Shown here one piece after another: positions 29,776 through 39,171 of a stretch of 64,000 nt of DNA. The translations under genes were made by a program, and so were the position numbers. Position 1 is the stretch's first letter, and each line of letters opens with the position of its first letter. This DNA comes from an uncultured Clostridium sp. (GTDB taxonomy: Bacteria; Bacillota; Clostridia; TANB77; CAG-465): assembly GCA_948470565.1 (NCBI GenBank), contig CAOKPF010000003.1, positions 21 through 64,020 of the forward strand. The letters are read 5' to 3'. The notes below the pieces were generated by a model. The model was not told the origin of the DNA. It did no database searches and was given only the letters and a program-made list of their open reading frames with translations.

Positions 29776-30477
29776 TTAATAACAAATTGTAATGTCATCT
29801 TTTATACTTTCACTATTTCTTGCAATTTGTAAACGAATTTTTCCTGCTTTATCAGCCTTAAGATTATCTTCAAATTTTCGTTTTACCTCAAAACCTAAAT
29901 TAAGAAGATACTTTAAACCATCTGTTGCAACTCCAACATTGGCAAATTCCTCTTTAGAAAATTCTCTTGTCTTAAAGGTAACACCATTTGAATATAACTC
30001 TGTTTGAATATAGTTGTATATATAGTACTTGGGACAACCATCATTACATTCTTCTTCAAGTGAAATGTACTCAAAATCATCTTCAGTAGCCAAGACTTCT
30101 TTCTTCCTTGTAATTATATATCCATCTCCGCAATACTTTACTACAAATTTATCCTCTAACTCATATACTACAAGAATTGTAAAACAAAAATTTTGTGTTA
30201 TAAAACGTGTATCTACTGCAAGAGATAATAATTTATCAAATACTGTTTTAGTACAATCTTCTATTCTTTCAGGAGCACACCTCATATCCTGTGGCAATCT
30301 TTCAAATAATTGTGCAAAAAGGCTTACACCAATCTCAGAGGTTAACCAATTCCCATTTATGTCGCTAGAACATCCATCAAGTGCCATCTTTATATTATCA
30401 ATTGCAAGCAAATTATCTTGTTTAGCTATTCCTTCAAATTCATGTAATGAACCAATTTTACTAACTAATATTGACAT
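29776..30477 (-). CDS. PP2C-like protein phosphatase
   Basis: 233 aa; LDGCSS, CGDGYII and VATDGL resemble the PP2C DGxGG / GDS / SDG motifs; lies between the vWA and kinase genes. Confidence 0.6.
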   Translation of the reverse strand: MSILVSKIGSLHEFEGIAKQDNLLAIDNIKMALDGCSSDINGNWLTSEIGVSLFAQLFERLPQDMRCAPERIEDCTKTVFDKLLSLAVDTRFITQNFCFTILVVYELEDKFVVKYCGDGYIITRKKEVLATEDDFEYISLEEECNDGCPKYYIYNYIQTELYSNGVTFKTREFSKEEFANVGVATDGLKYLLNLGFEVKRKFEDNLKADKAGKIRLQIARNSESIKDDITICY

Positions 30478-30499
30478 ATTAATTCCTCCTTAAAAACAA

Positions 30500-30519
30500 G
30501 GGAGGGTATACACCCTCCC
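30500..30519 (-). terminator. GC-rich hairpin between vWA and PP2C genes (terminator/attenuator)
   Basis: gggagggt-atac-accctccc, followed on the minus strand by cttgttttt and then the PP2C SD. Confidence 0.5.
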
Positions 30520-30558
30520 ATGCTAATATTAAAAAATTACAACTACAAAGTTACAAAA

Positions 30559-31251
30559 TTACACCTGAAAGAATGTACCAGCAGTCGGATTAACAGCACT
30601 CTTGCTTGCAGAATTTATAGACTTTGAAAGAATGTCAAATATTACTCTAAGCTTCTTTGCATTTGCCTCCTTTTCATTTAAGCAATTTGCAAACCCGAGC
30701 TGTTCTCCTATACCACAAGCCTCTTTGCCAAAGCCGATGTATACAGTAATAACTTCCTTCTTGTTAAGAAACTCCACTGCCTTCCTGGCATCACTTGCAC
30801 TAAACGTTGAACTTGTATCCTCACCATCACTAAGAATAACAAATATGCCTCTGGCTTTAACTTTGCCTTTCCTTAACATATCAATGTATCCTTTTTTGTC
30901 ATCTGTCATAAGAGATAACTGAGCTCCTACAATAGCATCATACAGTGATGTAAGTCCTCCCGCTTTGTAACTGTTATCAATATCAGCCACATTTTTGTAG
31001 CCAGAGCGTTTAACATTCTCATTAAAATGTGTAACACTGATAAGAAATTCATCTTCGCTTTTACTCTGCTTGATTGAATCTGTTATAATGTCAATGCAAC
31101 CTGGCACTACAGTCTCATGAGATTTCATAGAACCTGAGCTATCAATATACAAGGCTACTACTGTTTGCCGCTCACTCTCAAGCTCATCGATTTCCACATT
31201 ATTGCCTAAATCATAATCGTCTCCACCAAAAATTTCTGTAACATCACTCAT
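30559..31251 (-). CDS. vWA domain protein (TerY-like)
   Basis: 230 aa; MIDAS DSSGSM, later LSDGEDT; size and context match TerY. Confidence 0.8.
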   Translation of the reverse strand: MSDVTEIFGGDDYDLGNNVEIDELESERQTVVALYIDSSGSMKSHETVVPGCIDIITDSIKQSKSEDEFLISVTHFNENVKRSGYKNVADIDNSYKAGGLTSLYDAIVGAQLSLMTDDKKGYIDMLRKGKVKARGIFVILSDGEDTSSTFSASDARKAVEFLNKKEVITVYIGFGKEACGIGEQLGFANCLNEKEANAKKLRVIFDILSKSINSASKSAVNPTAGTFFQV

Positions 31252-31288
31252 AGTAATTCTCCTTTCATATTTAACTGTTTTAATTTAA

Positions 31289-32302
31289 TTAAAGTTGCAA
31301 ATCTGTTGAATTAACCAGATTAATGTTATATTGTTTCTTCAAAGCTTCAAGCTCAGCCATTGTTTCAGCCTCTGTTCCAGGAATACAAGAGCAGCAATCC
31401 ATAAGGAAATATACCTTGCTTGTAATCTCTGGACGGTCAGAATAAACAGCCAAAAATTGTTTTAAGGACTCAAGTACACAGTGAGATTTTGCCTCTCCTG
31501 CAATGATTATCATATCATATCCTGCAACAGCGTCAGTAAGTTTTGTGTTTACCTTATAAACACCATCTTTTGGATATTCCTCTGCAAAGATACCATACAT
31601 TTCAGAAAATGGGCTTTTGCCTTTTTCAACCCAAAGCGGACGTATCTTTCTTGCAGCCTCATGAAAATAAATAAGCTTTACAAGTTCCTGCTCTGGAAGC
31701 CACCCCTTAGTACTTTCCAAGCAATGCTGTGTCCAAATCATAAGTTTTTTCTTACTTTGCTTATCAAGACCAGTTAAATAATCCCGATAAATCTTCGGAT
31801 ACATTACAGGGGTATATTTTCCATCATCGCAATCTTCTTTAAGAATTTGTGTATATGGTTTTACATAATTGCCGTCTTCATCAATCCAGCAGCATTCAGA
31901 GAACACATGAAAGAACATATGGGTGTCTAAAGAACACATAACCCTTGTAATCTTATCCAAGTTCTTATACAAGAATCTCGTAAGTCTTTTGCAATCCTCA
32001 ATTGCTCCTGGTACTGCCAAAGTACCATTATCTTCAAAATCGAACTGCTGATCAATGACCATCAGTAATGTTTTCTTGATGTCCCTTTCGGCAGGCTCTA
32101 CATCTTCCTGAAGCCCCATATGCAAAATATCAGTAAAGTTAACTTCTTTTTCTTTGTCAACCATATCCAATATTTCCATAATGTCTTTATCCGGATTTTT
32201 TGCAGCCAGCTCCTTTATTCTCCGCATATACCATTCTTTGTCGGAAAGCCCGATCCTTTCTTCGCATACAATAGTTTCATAAGCTGTTTTTAAATTTGCC
32301 AT
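31289..32302 (-). CDS. nicotinamidase/isochorismatase-family hydrolase with ~75-aa N-terminal extension
   Basis: VIDQQFDF, SLDTHMFFH, WTQHC, EKGKSPFSEMYGIF and AGEAKSHCV parallel PncA motifs (DxQxDF, DWHxxxH, KG..DSYSAF, ATDYCV). Confidence 0.7.
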   Translation of the reverse strand: MANLKTAYETIVCEERIGLSDKEWYMRRIKELAAKNPDKDIMEILDMVDKEKEVNFTDILHMGLQEDVEPAERDIKKTLLMVIDQQFDFEDNGTLAVPGAIEDCKRLTRFLYKNLDKITRVMCSLDTHMFFHVFSECCWIDEDGNYVKPYTQILKEDCDDGKYTPVMYPKIYRDYLTGLDKQSKKKLMIWTQHCLESTKGWLPEQELVKLIYFHEAARKIRPLWVEKGKSPFSEMYGIFAEEYPKDGVYKVNTKLTDAVAGYDMIIIAGEAKSHCVLESLKQFLAVYSDRPEITSKVYFLMDCCSCIPGTEAETMAELEALKKQYNINLVNSTDLQL

Positions 32303-32423
32303 AATTTTTTCCTCTCTTTCCTTTTAATGCAAAACTTACCATTTATATGTTATGTAAAATTTGTCAAAAGAAACTTTACTAGCCACCATATTCAGGTAAG
32401 CCTTATTGATTGATTACGCCGTT

Positions 32424-32452
32424 ATTATATCATACCGTTTTTATTATGTCAA
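32424..32452 (-). promoter_or_regulatory. strong promoter of the nicotinamidase-like/vWA unit
   Basis: Minus strand TTGACA, 17 nt, TGaTATAAT (extended -10); about 115-nt leader. Confidence 0.6.
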
Positions 32453-32554
32453 TACTTTTTTAAAAAATGTTATTATTTTTTTGTTAAAAACATAAATATA
32501 ATATTAGGAAACAACTAAAATCCATACTAAATATGTAATTTAAAATAGCTACAT

Positions 32555-33628
32555 TTATTGAAATTTAGTAACATCACTAATTTTTCCCGCAAAATATGGT
32601 TTGGATTTTCCCTTTTCCACTAAAAATATTGCAAACGTATCATCTACAAAAAATCTCCTAGGTTTCTCTGGCTCTAAGATAGCAGTTGCTTTATTCATAA
32701 TTCCTGCCTCACTTTTAATTTTTCCACCTTCTTTATCTAACTCAAACTTAATTGTCTGAACTGCTTTATCTATTGTATAAATATCGCCATTTGAAAATTC
32801 ATATGGAATACCTTGTATCTGTGTAAACTCATTTTTTTCATTAATTTTTATATTAGGTACTTTAAAAAACTCACTATCTTTTAAATATTTATTACCATCA
32901 TATTTACTTTCCTGTTTCATTATACTATCATAGATTTCATTGAAAGTATTTCCCCTAGGACTTTTACAAAAAATTACCTCATCATCTCCCTTGGTATCAA
33001 GTTTTATAGCAAAACTATCTTCAGAGTTATAATACAATACGTTCACTTGTTGTCTTAACTCATCTTTATCTTCTGATTTTATTCCAAAATATTCTACATT
33101 ATTGTAATTACCAAATTTTGATTTTTCTAATTCTTCAAATGCCTTTTCAAATTTAAATTCTTTCTTTAACATTACGTATAAAAAGTAATCTTTTGGATTT
33201 CCACTATTAAAATCAAAATCATCTAATATATCACTAGTTTCATTAAATTTATCTTTTATTCCCTTTTCTATTTCTTTTTTTAATGCAATAGATGGTGTAC
33301 CTATCTTTTTGTAATAATAACTATCTGATATATCATTAGTATTAAATGTTTCTTTATTTAAGTTTTCAACTACCTCTAATTGAGGATTAAATATTATATC
33401 TTGTTTTGCAAGATCATTTTTCAAATCATTCCATATAAGTTGAAATGTACCACACCAAATTGTATCAGTTTGTATTTTATCCTCTAAAGTTAATACTGTT
33501 GTTATTCCATCTGTACTTGAAGGTCTAAGTGAAGTTACACCATTACCATCAAGTATTTTTTTACCAAATATACATACTATAACTAGTATAATTATTATAC
33601 CAATGATTATTATTATTTTTTTATTCAT
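32555..33628 (-). CDS. membrane-anchored serpin-like protein
   Basis: N-terminal TM. The C-terminal half follows the serpin pattern: KAVQTIKFELDKEGGKIKSEAG...RRFFVDDTFAIFLVE...PYFAGKISD. ATG 33628 behind a GGAG SD. Confidence 0.5.
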   Translation of the reverse strand: MNKKIIIIIGIIIILVIVCIFGKKILDGNGVTSLRPSSTDGITTVLTLEDKIQTDTIWCGTFQLIWNDLKNDLAKQDIIFNPQLEVVENLNKETFNTNDISDSYYYKKIGTPSIALKKEIEKGIKDKFNETSDILDDFDFNSGNPKDYFLYVMLKKEFKFEKAFEELEKSKFGNYNNVEYFGIKSEDKDELRQQVNVLYYNSEDSFAIKLDTKGDDEVIFCKSPRGNTFNEIYDSIMKQESKYDGNKYLKDSEFFKVPNIKINEKNEFTQIQGIPYEFSNGDIYTIDKAVQTIKFELDKEGGKIKSEAGIMNKATAILEPEKPRRFFVDDTFAIFLVEKGKSKPYFAGKISDVTKFQ

Positions 33629-33643
33629 CAAACTATCTCCAAA

Positions 33644-34621
33644 TTAATTTTTACTATAACTTAATACCAAAATTTCATTCAAATCTCCCTCTAATGCATT
33701 CTTTAAGTAAATTTCTTTTCTACTATCAGTATCCTCAATATCTATTTTTGAAAATCTAAAATATCTGTATATTCTATCCTCACTACTTGAAAATTTATCC
33801 CTAGTACTATCAAGACATACTCTAAAACTATTATTTCCTTCAAAAGTTACATCAGTAATTATCATATCTCCCTCGATTGTAAAACTAATACATCTAATAA
33901 AGTCAGGTTGATTACTATTTACATTATCTAAAAATCTATTTAACTCATCAATATTTTTTATTTCTCCACCTGTTTTGGTTACTACACAATTATCTGATAT
34001 TGCTTGTTCTACTGTATAATTACTTGGCAATTTTTCTATTTTAGTTTTATAATCAGTTTCAGTTTGAATTTTTATAACATCTATTTGTACAGGATATGTT
34101 TCCATTACATAACCTGTATATGTAATTAATAACTCTTGTCCAATACTATACAAAATATCATTATTATCACCTAAATTTATTACTATTTTATCTGATAATA
34201 ATTTTAGATCATTTTCTTCAATAGGTTTTACTTCTATTTTATTAATATCAGAGTAAGTAACAATTGCTCTAAACTTAGCATCATTATCACTCTCATTTGT
34301 TTGAGTATTATTATCATTTGTAACAACTTCATTGGTATAGAATTTTTCAGAATCTGTAATACTTCTTGCTATACAAGTATTGCCCACAAACATTTCAACT
34401 TTTTCAAAATCATCTAAACACTTAGTATTCATATCAAAAACTGCTTCAACCCTATATCCAACACATAAATATTTTATTAATCCTTCATCATTAGATACAT
34501 GTACTGCAAATATTGGTCTTTTTAAATTCAAACATCTATTATAGTCTGTCAAAAACACTATCCCCCATAAAACTATAATAATTCCTACAATAATTAATAT
34601 TATTTTTAATTTTTTATTCAT
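33644..34621 (-). CDS. membrane-anchored DUF4362-like protein
   Basis: C-terminal NCVVTKTGGEIKNIDELNRFLDNV...FTIEGDMIITDVTFEGN...DSTRDKF matches DUF4362. Confidence 0.55.
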   Translation of the reverse strand: MNKKLKIILIIVGIIIVLWGIVFLTDYNRCLNLKRPIFAVHVSNDEGLIKYLCVGYRVEAVFDMNTKCLDDFEKVEMFVGNTCIARSITDSEKFYTNEVVTNDNNTQTNESDNDAKFRAIVTYSDINKIEVKPIEENDLKLLSDKIVINLGDNNDILYSIGQELLITYTGYVMETYPVQIDVIKIQTETDYKTKIEKLPSNYTVEQAISDNCVVTKTGGEIKNIDELNRFLDNVNSNQPDFIRCISFTIEGDMIITDVTFEGNNSFRVCLDSTRDKFSSSEDRIYRYFRFSKIDIEDTDSRKEIYLKNALEGDLNEILVLSYSKN

Positions 34622-34639
34622 ATCTACCATTCCTTTCTA

Positions 34640-35524
34640 TTATTTAGACGTTTTTTTTATAGACTTTAGTTGGTATTTTATGAAAAAAATTATAAAAATA
34701 ATAAAAAAAGATAAAAATATTGCTGATATCGTAAGAAATCCTACTCCATAATAATTTATATCAAAATCACTACTTTCAACTAATATTTCTTGATTTTCTT
34801 TATCAGTAAGTTCTTTATCCGTACTAGTGATCTCACTAGTAATATCCTCAGTTTTTGCCTCTTCTTTTGAGGTATTTCCTGTGTTTTGCTCTTTATTTTC
34901 ATCTTCTTTTACTATTTCTTGTTCTTCAAAATTGAGATTTTTTTTCTTAAATAAGCTTTTTAGTCCAATAACAAACGTTATAACAAACATACCTAAATTT
35001 CCAAGTAATATTTTTAATGTATGTAAGGACTTGTAATATCTCCACTTTATAGTACTTGTAGGCTCGTTTAATAACTTGGCTATTTCATCGAATGATAAAT
35101 CTGCAAGTAGTTTTAGTGAAACAATCTCTTTTTCCTTATCGCTTAATTTTGCTATTAATGTATAATAACTATATTTATCAATTACATTAATAAGTTGACT
35201 ATCCTCTGCTTTTATATCATATATATTGTCTAAACTAATTGTACTATCTTTTTTCCTTAACAAAGATATCGCCTCATTTTTTGTTATACTATAAACCCAA
35301 CTTACTTGATTTTTTGTTGGTAATTTTTCTTTACTAAGATTATATATTTTTATAAAAACTATCTGCATTACATCTTCTGAATCTTCTTTGTTCTTTAATA
35401 TGCTAAATGCAATTAAATATACTAATTGATTGTATTTTTCATATAATTTTTGAAAATCTGATATATTACCAGATTTAAAACTTTCAAATAGCTCTTTTAT
35501 TTCTTCTTTGTTTATCCTATTCAT
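34640..35524 (-). CDS. sigma-70/ECF-type sigma factor fused to two TM segments
   Basis: Region 2 (DSEDVMQIVFIKIY) and region 4 (LSFDEIAKLLNEPTSTIKWRYYKSL), followed by a TM, an acidic linker and a second TM. Confidence 0.75.
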   Translation of the reverse strand: MNRINKEEIKELFESFKSGNISDFQKLYEKYNQLVYLIAFSILKNKEDSEDVMQIVFIKIYNLSKEKLPTKNQVSWVYSITKNEAISLLRKKDSTISLDNIYDIKAEDSQLINVIDKYSYYTLIAKLSDKEKEIVSLKLLADLSFDEIAKLLNEPTSTIKWRYYKSLHTLKILLGNLGMFVITFVIGLKSLFKKKNLNFEEQEIVKEDENKEQNTGNTSKEEAKTEDITSEITSTDKELTDKENQEILVESSDFDINYYGVGFLTISAIFLSFFIIFIIFFIKYQLKSIKKTSK

Positions 35525-35699
35525 AATTTTAACTTTCCTTTTTATTTATATATTTATATCACATTTTAAAAAAAATCTCCACTATTATACAAATATATAT
35601 TATTTATATAGCTATGTTTTAATATATGAAGTTTTTTATTGAATCTAAATATCTTTTAAATTTTTAAGCATACTAATAATGAGAAAAAAGAGGTGTAAT

Positions 35700-37217
35700 A
35701 TGATAAGAAATAATTCATTTTGGCTAAACTCATTTAAAAAAGATAGTTATAACAAATTAGATACTAATGTTTCAGTAGATATATGTATAGTTGGTGGTGG
35801 TTTAACTGGTATTACTACTGCATATTATTTAAGTAAATATGGTTACAAAATAGCGCTACTAGAAAAAAATACACTACTTTCAAAGACATCTGGACACACA
35901 ACTGCAAAAGTGACTAGTCAACATGGTCTGATATATAATTATTTGGAAAATTCAAATGGGTTAGATTTTGCAAAAAATTATTTACAAGCAAATGAAACGG
36001 CAATAGGTAATATAAAAAAAATAATCGAGCTTGAAAATATAGACTGTGATTTTGAAAGGAAAAATGCATATGTTTTTACTGAAAATAAAGAAAATGAGAT
36101 AAAAATCATAGATGAATTTAATACTGTTAAGAAACTAGAAATTGTAGATTGTAACTTAATTAATAATGTAAATTTAAATCTAAATATAACCAGTACTTTA
36201 GTTTTTAAAAATCAGGCACAATTTAATCCAATTAAGTATGGTAATGCACTTGCAAAATGTGCAAATGACAATAATTGTTTAATATTTGAAAATACAAAAT
36301 TTGAAGACTACAAAAAAGAGGGAAATAATTTCAAAATTTTTACAAACACACATAACTGTATAAGTTCAAATTATTTAATACTTGCAACTAGGTACCCTAT
36401 TATAAATTTTCCTGGATATTATTTTGTAAAAATGTATCAAGAAATATCCTATGTTATAGCAATAAAACCAAAAAGTAACTTTTCACTTGATGGAATGTAT
36501 ATAAGCTGTGATACTCCAAATATATCTATAAAAACTGCTAATTACAAAGGCGAAAATATCATATTTGTTGGTGGTCATACATACAAAACTGGCATTGATC
36601 CAGATTTAAATTACAAATACGATTTTTTGAAAAGAAAGGCTTTTGAAATTTTTGGTGAGTTTGACTTGCTTTATGAATGGAATACTCAAGATTGTATTAG
36701 TCTTGACAAAATACCATATATTGGTGAGTTTTCAGCTTTTACTAATAACTTATTCTTAGCTACAGGTTTTAATAAATGGGGAATGACAACATCTAATATA
36801 GCAGCTAGTATAATTTCAGATAAAATTAATAAAGTACCAAATAAATATGAATTTTTATTTAAATCAACTAGATTACACCCTATTAAAAACAGAAAAGAAC
36901 TTAATAATATGGCAGTACAGACTTTTAAATCTCTTGTACTAGATAGACTGAAAAAATCAAAACTTACTATTGATAGTATTAATAATGACGAAGGGAAAAT
37001 AGTAACATTGGATAATAAAAAAATCGGTGTTTATAAAGATAATGATGGAAAAGTTTATGCTGTAAAACCTATATGCACTCATTTGGGTTGTCAATTAAAC
37101 TGGAACAATCTAAATAAAACTTGGGATTGTCCTTGCCATGGAAGTAGATTTGACTATATGGGAAATAATATATATTCCCCTGGTATAAATAATTTAGAAT
37201 GTTATAGTTTCAAATAA
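35700..37217 (+). CDS. FAD-dependent oxidoreductase with C-terminal Rieske 2Fe-2S domain
   Basis: VGGGLTGI dinucleotide motif; CTHLGC...CPCHGS Rieske motif; start at MIRNN behind an AGAGGTG SD. Confidence 0.8.
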   Translation: MIRNNSFWLNSFKKDSYNKLDTNVSVDICIVGGGLTGITTAYYLSKYGYKIALLEKNTLLSKTSGHTTAKVTSQHGLIYNYLENSNGLDFAKNYLQANETAIGNIKKIIELENIDCDFERKNAYVFTENKENEIKIIDEFNTVKKLEIVDCNLINNVNLNLNITSTLVFKNQAQFNPIKYGNALAKCANDNNCLIFENTKFEDYKKEGNNFKIFTNTHNCISSNYLILATRYPIINFPGYYFVKMYQEISYVIAIKPKSNFSLDGMYISCDTPNISIKTANYKGENIIFVGGHTYKTGIDPDLNYKYDFLKRKAFEIFGEFDLLYEWNTQDCISLDKIPYIGEFSAFTNNLFLATGFNKWGMTTSNIAASIISDKINKVPNKYEFLFKSTRLHPIKNRKELNNMAVQTFKSLVLDRLKKSKLTIDSINNDEGKIVTLDNKKIGVYKDNDGKVYAVKPICTHLGCQLNWNNLNKTWDCPCHGSRFDYMGNNIYSPGINNLECYSFK

Positions 37218-37337
37218 TTATACAACATATAAAAAAACAAAATAACATTATAAATCTCATATATTATTCAAATATCTTTTATAATTTATATTGAAAAGAA
37301 TATTTTTTTATAATATAATTTATACAAATATCAAAAT

Positions 37338-37900
37338 AAACTACCCCGCCGCAAGCAACGGGGTATTCGCCTGTATGTCCTACTCAAATAATGTAATCTG
37401 TCCATTATACATCTTATTATAACACTTTCCCTGATTCTTTACGTAGTTTTCTACTTGTTTCTCACTACCATTTTTTCCGACTGTTCCAACGAAATAACCG
37501 TCCACTCCTAAAATTTCCTCCCCAAAGTTTCGTCTTTACTTCAGGGCATCTTTTAAATATCTCTCTTGCTGTTACACCTTTTACTATATTGGCTATTTGG
37601 GAAGACGAAATTTTTGGTACTGATTGTATCAAAAAATGTACATGGTCTCTATCTTCTCCTATCTCTATAAAATTTATTTCATACTGGACGCTTATTTCTT
37701 TACATGCTCCTATCAATGCATCTTTTACATTTTCTGAATCGAAAACTACTCTTCTATACTTTGTAGGACATACATAGTGGTATAATAATACTGATACATT
37801 ATTCGATTTATGTATATATTCACTCATTTTATCATTCCACACCTTTCATCAGTATTATTATACCACTTAGCTTGTTACGACGCAAGCGTCGGGGAATTAA
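37338..37900 (-). mobile_element. IS200/IS605-family insertion sequence (tnpA only)
   Basis: Y1 transposase ORF flanked by related subterminal hairpins: taccccgccgcaagcaacggggta at 37342-37365 and cgacgcaagcgtcg at 37877-37890. Confidence 0.7.
37380..37842 (-). pseudogene. tnpA: IS200-type Y1 transposase TnpA with 1-nt frameshift before the catalytic Tyr
   Basis: LLYHYVCPTKYRR and HVHFLIQ (HUH) are intact. After LWGGNF the frame slips. The next frame reads DGYFVGTVGKNGSEKQVENYVKNQGK... to a TAG at 37380. Confidence 0.75.
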
Positions 37901-39069
37901 ACTCGAAGAGATTAAAGTATATTACAAAACTAGAAAATAAAAATATAAATTCTGTTTCTCTAGATGACATTACTGAAAGAATTATAGCACAATCAGATCC
38001 AGAATTATTTATCCGAACTCACCCTACACCACTTATTATTGATGAATTTCAATATGCTCCAAACTTATTGTCATATATAAAAATAAAAATAGATGAAGCA
38101 AGAGAAAATGAATTATTTGGTAATGGGAAAAAAGTAGGTACATTATATTATCTTACTGGTTCACAGGTTTTTGAAACTATGGAAAATGTTTCTGAATCTT
38201 TGGCAGGAAGGGTGGGTATAATTCATTTGCACCCTCTATCTACTAGAGAAATTAATAAATGTAATGAAGAAATATTTATTCCAGATATTAATATTTTAAG
38301 AAATAAGCAGACTGTTAAAAAGGAATATATTCCTGATTTATTTGAAAGGATATTTCGTGGAAGCTATCCTGAAATTTATAAAAATACAGATATAGACCTG
38401 GAAGCATACTTTTCGTCCTATATAAGAACCTATATAGAAAGAGATGTAAGAAAAATTATAAATATTCAAAATGAAACAAAATTTATGAAATTTATTTCTT
38501 CAATGGCTGCAAGAACAGGGCAAGAATATAATGCTTCAGATATAGCAAAAGACGTAGAAGTAGACGAAGAAACAATTAAAAAATGGACATCTTTATTAAC
38601 TAATACATATATTATATTTTTGTTACAACCCCATATGAATAATAATGTGGGAAGAATTATTAAAAGACCTAAAATATATTTTATGGATACTGGACTTGCT
38701 TGTTATTTAGCTGGATATGTAAGTAGTAAAACTTTAGAAAAAAGTGCTTACAGTAGACAAATTTTTGAAACTTATGTAATATCTGAAATAGTAAAAAGTT
38801 ATACAAATAATCAAAAAGATCCTCGTAAACATCTATATTATTATAGAGATAATAATAAAAGAGAAATAGACTTACTAATTATTAATGAAAACTCTATCTA
38901 CCCCGTTGAAATAAAAAAGAGTGCTAATCCTAGTAATGAGGCAATAAAGAATTTTGAAATAGTAGATAAATTTGAAATGAACTCTCCAAATGGAATTGTA
39001 ATATGTTTAACTGAAAATATTCATCCAATAAATGAAAAAAATTATTTAATACCGATTGAATATATATAA
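37894..39069 (+). pseudogene. 5'-truncated AAA_14 + DUF4143 ATPase (P-loop lost at the IS200 junction)
   Basis: Homology starts at ...VSLDDITERIIAQSDPELF...LIIDEFQYAP (Walker B); no Walker A; the first ~28 codons of the tracked ORF read through the IS end. Confidence 0.7.
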
Positions 39070-39082
39070 CAGATTTTGACTT

Positions 39083-39120
39083 ATGTACTGCAATATTATT
39101 TTTGCAGTACATATTTTTTA
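39083..39120. terminator. bidirectional terminator
   Basis: atgtactgca (39083-39092) pairs with tgcagtacat (39103-39112), followed by a T-run. Confidence 0.65.
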
Positions 39121-39171
39121 TTAATTATTAACTTTTTAATTCTTTTTTTGGATAATTTTAAAATAGTTTTA

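Noticed and set aside
37810-37893. N-terminal 28 codons of the tracked 419-aa ORF (MYIFTHFIIPHLSSVLLYHLACYDASVG).
   Set aside because: These codons read antisense through the IS200 end and the tnpA start. They are not part of the ATPase, which is 5' truncated.
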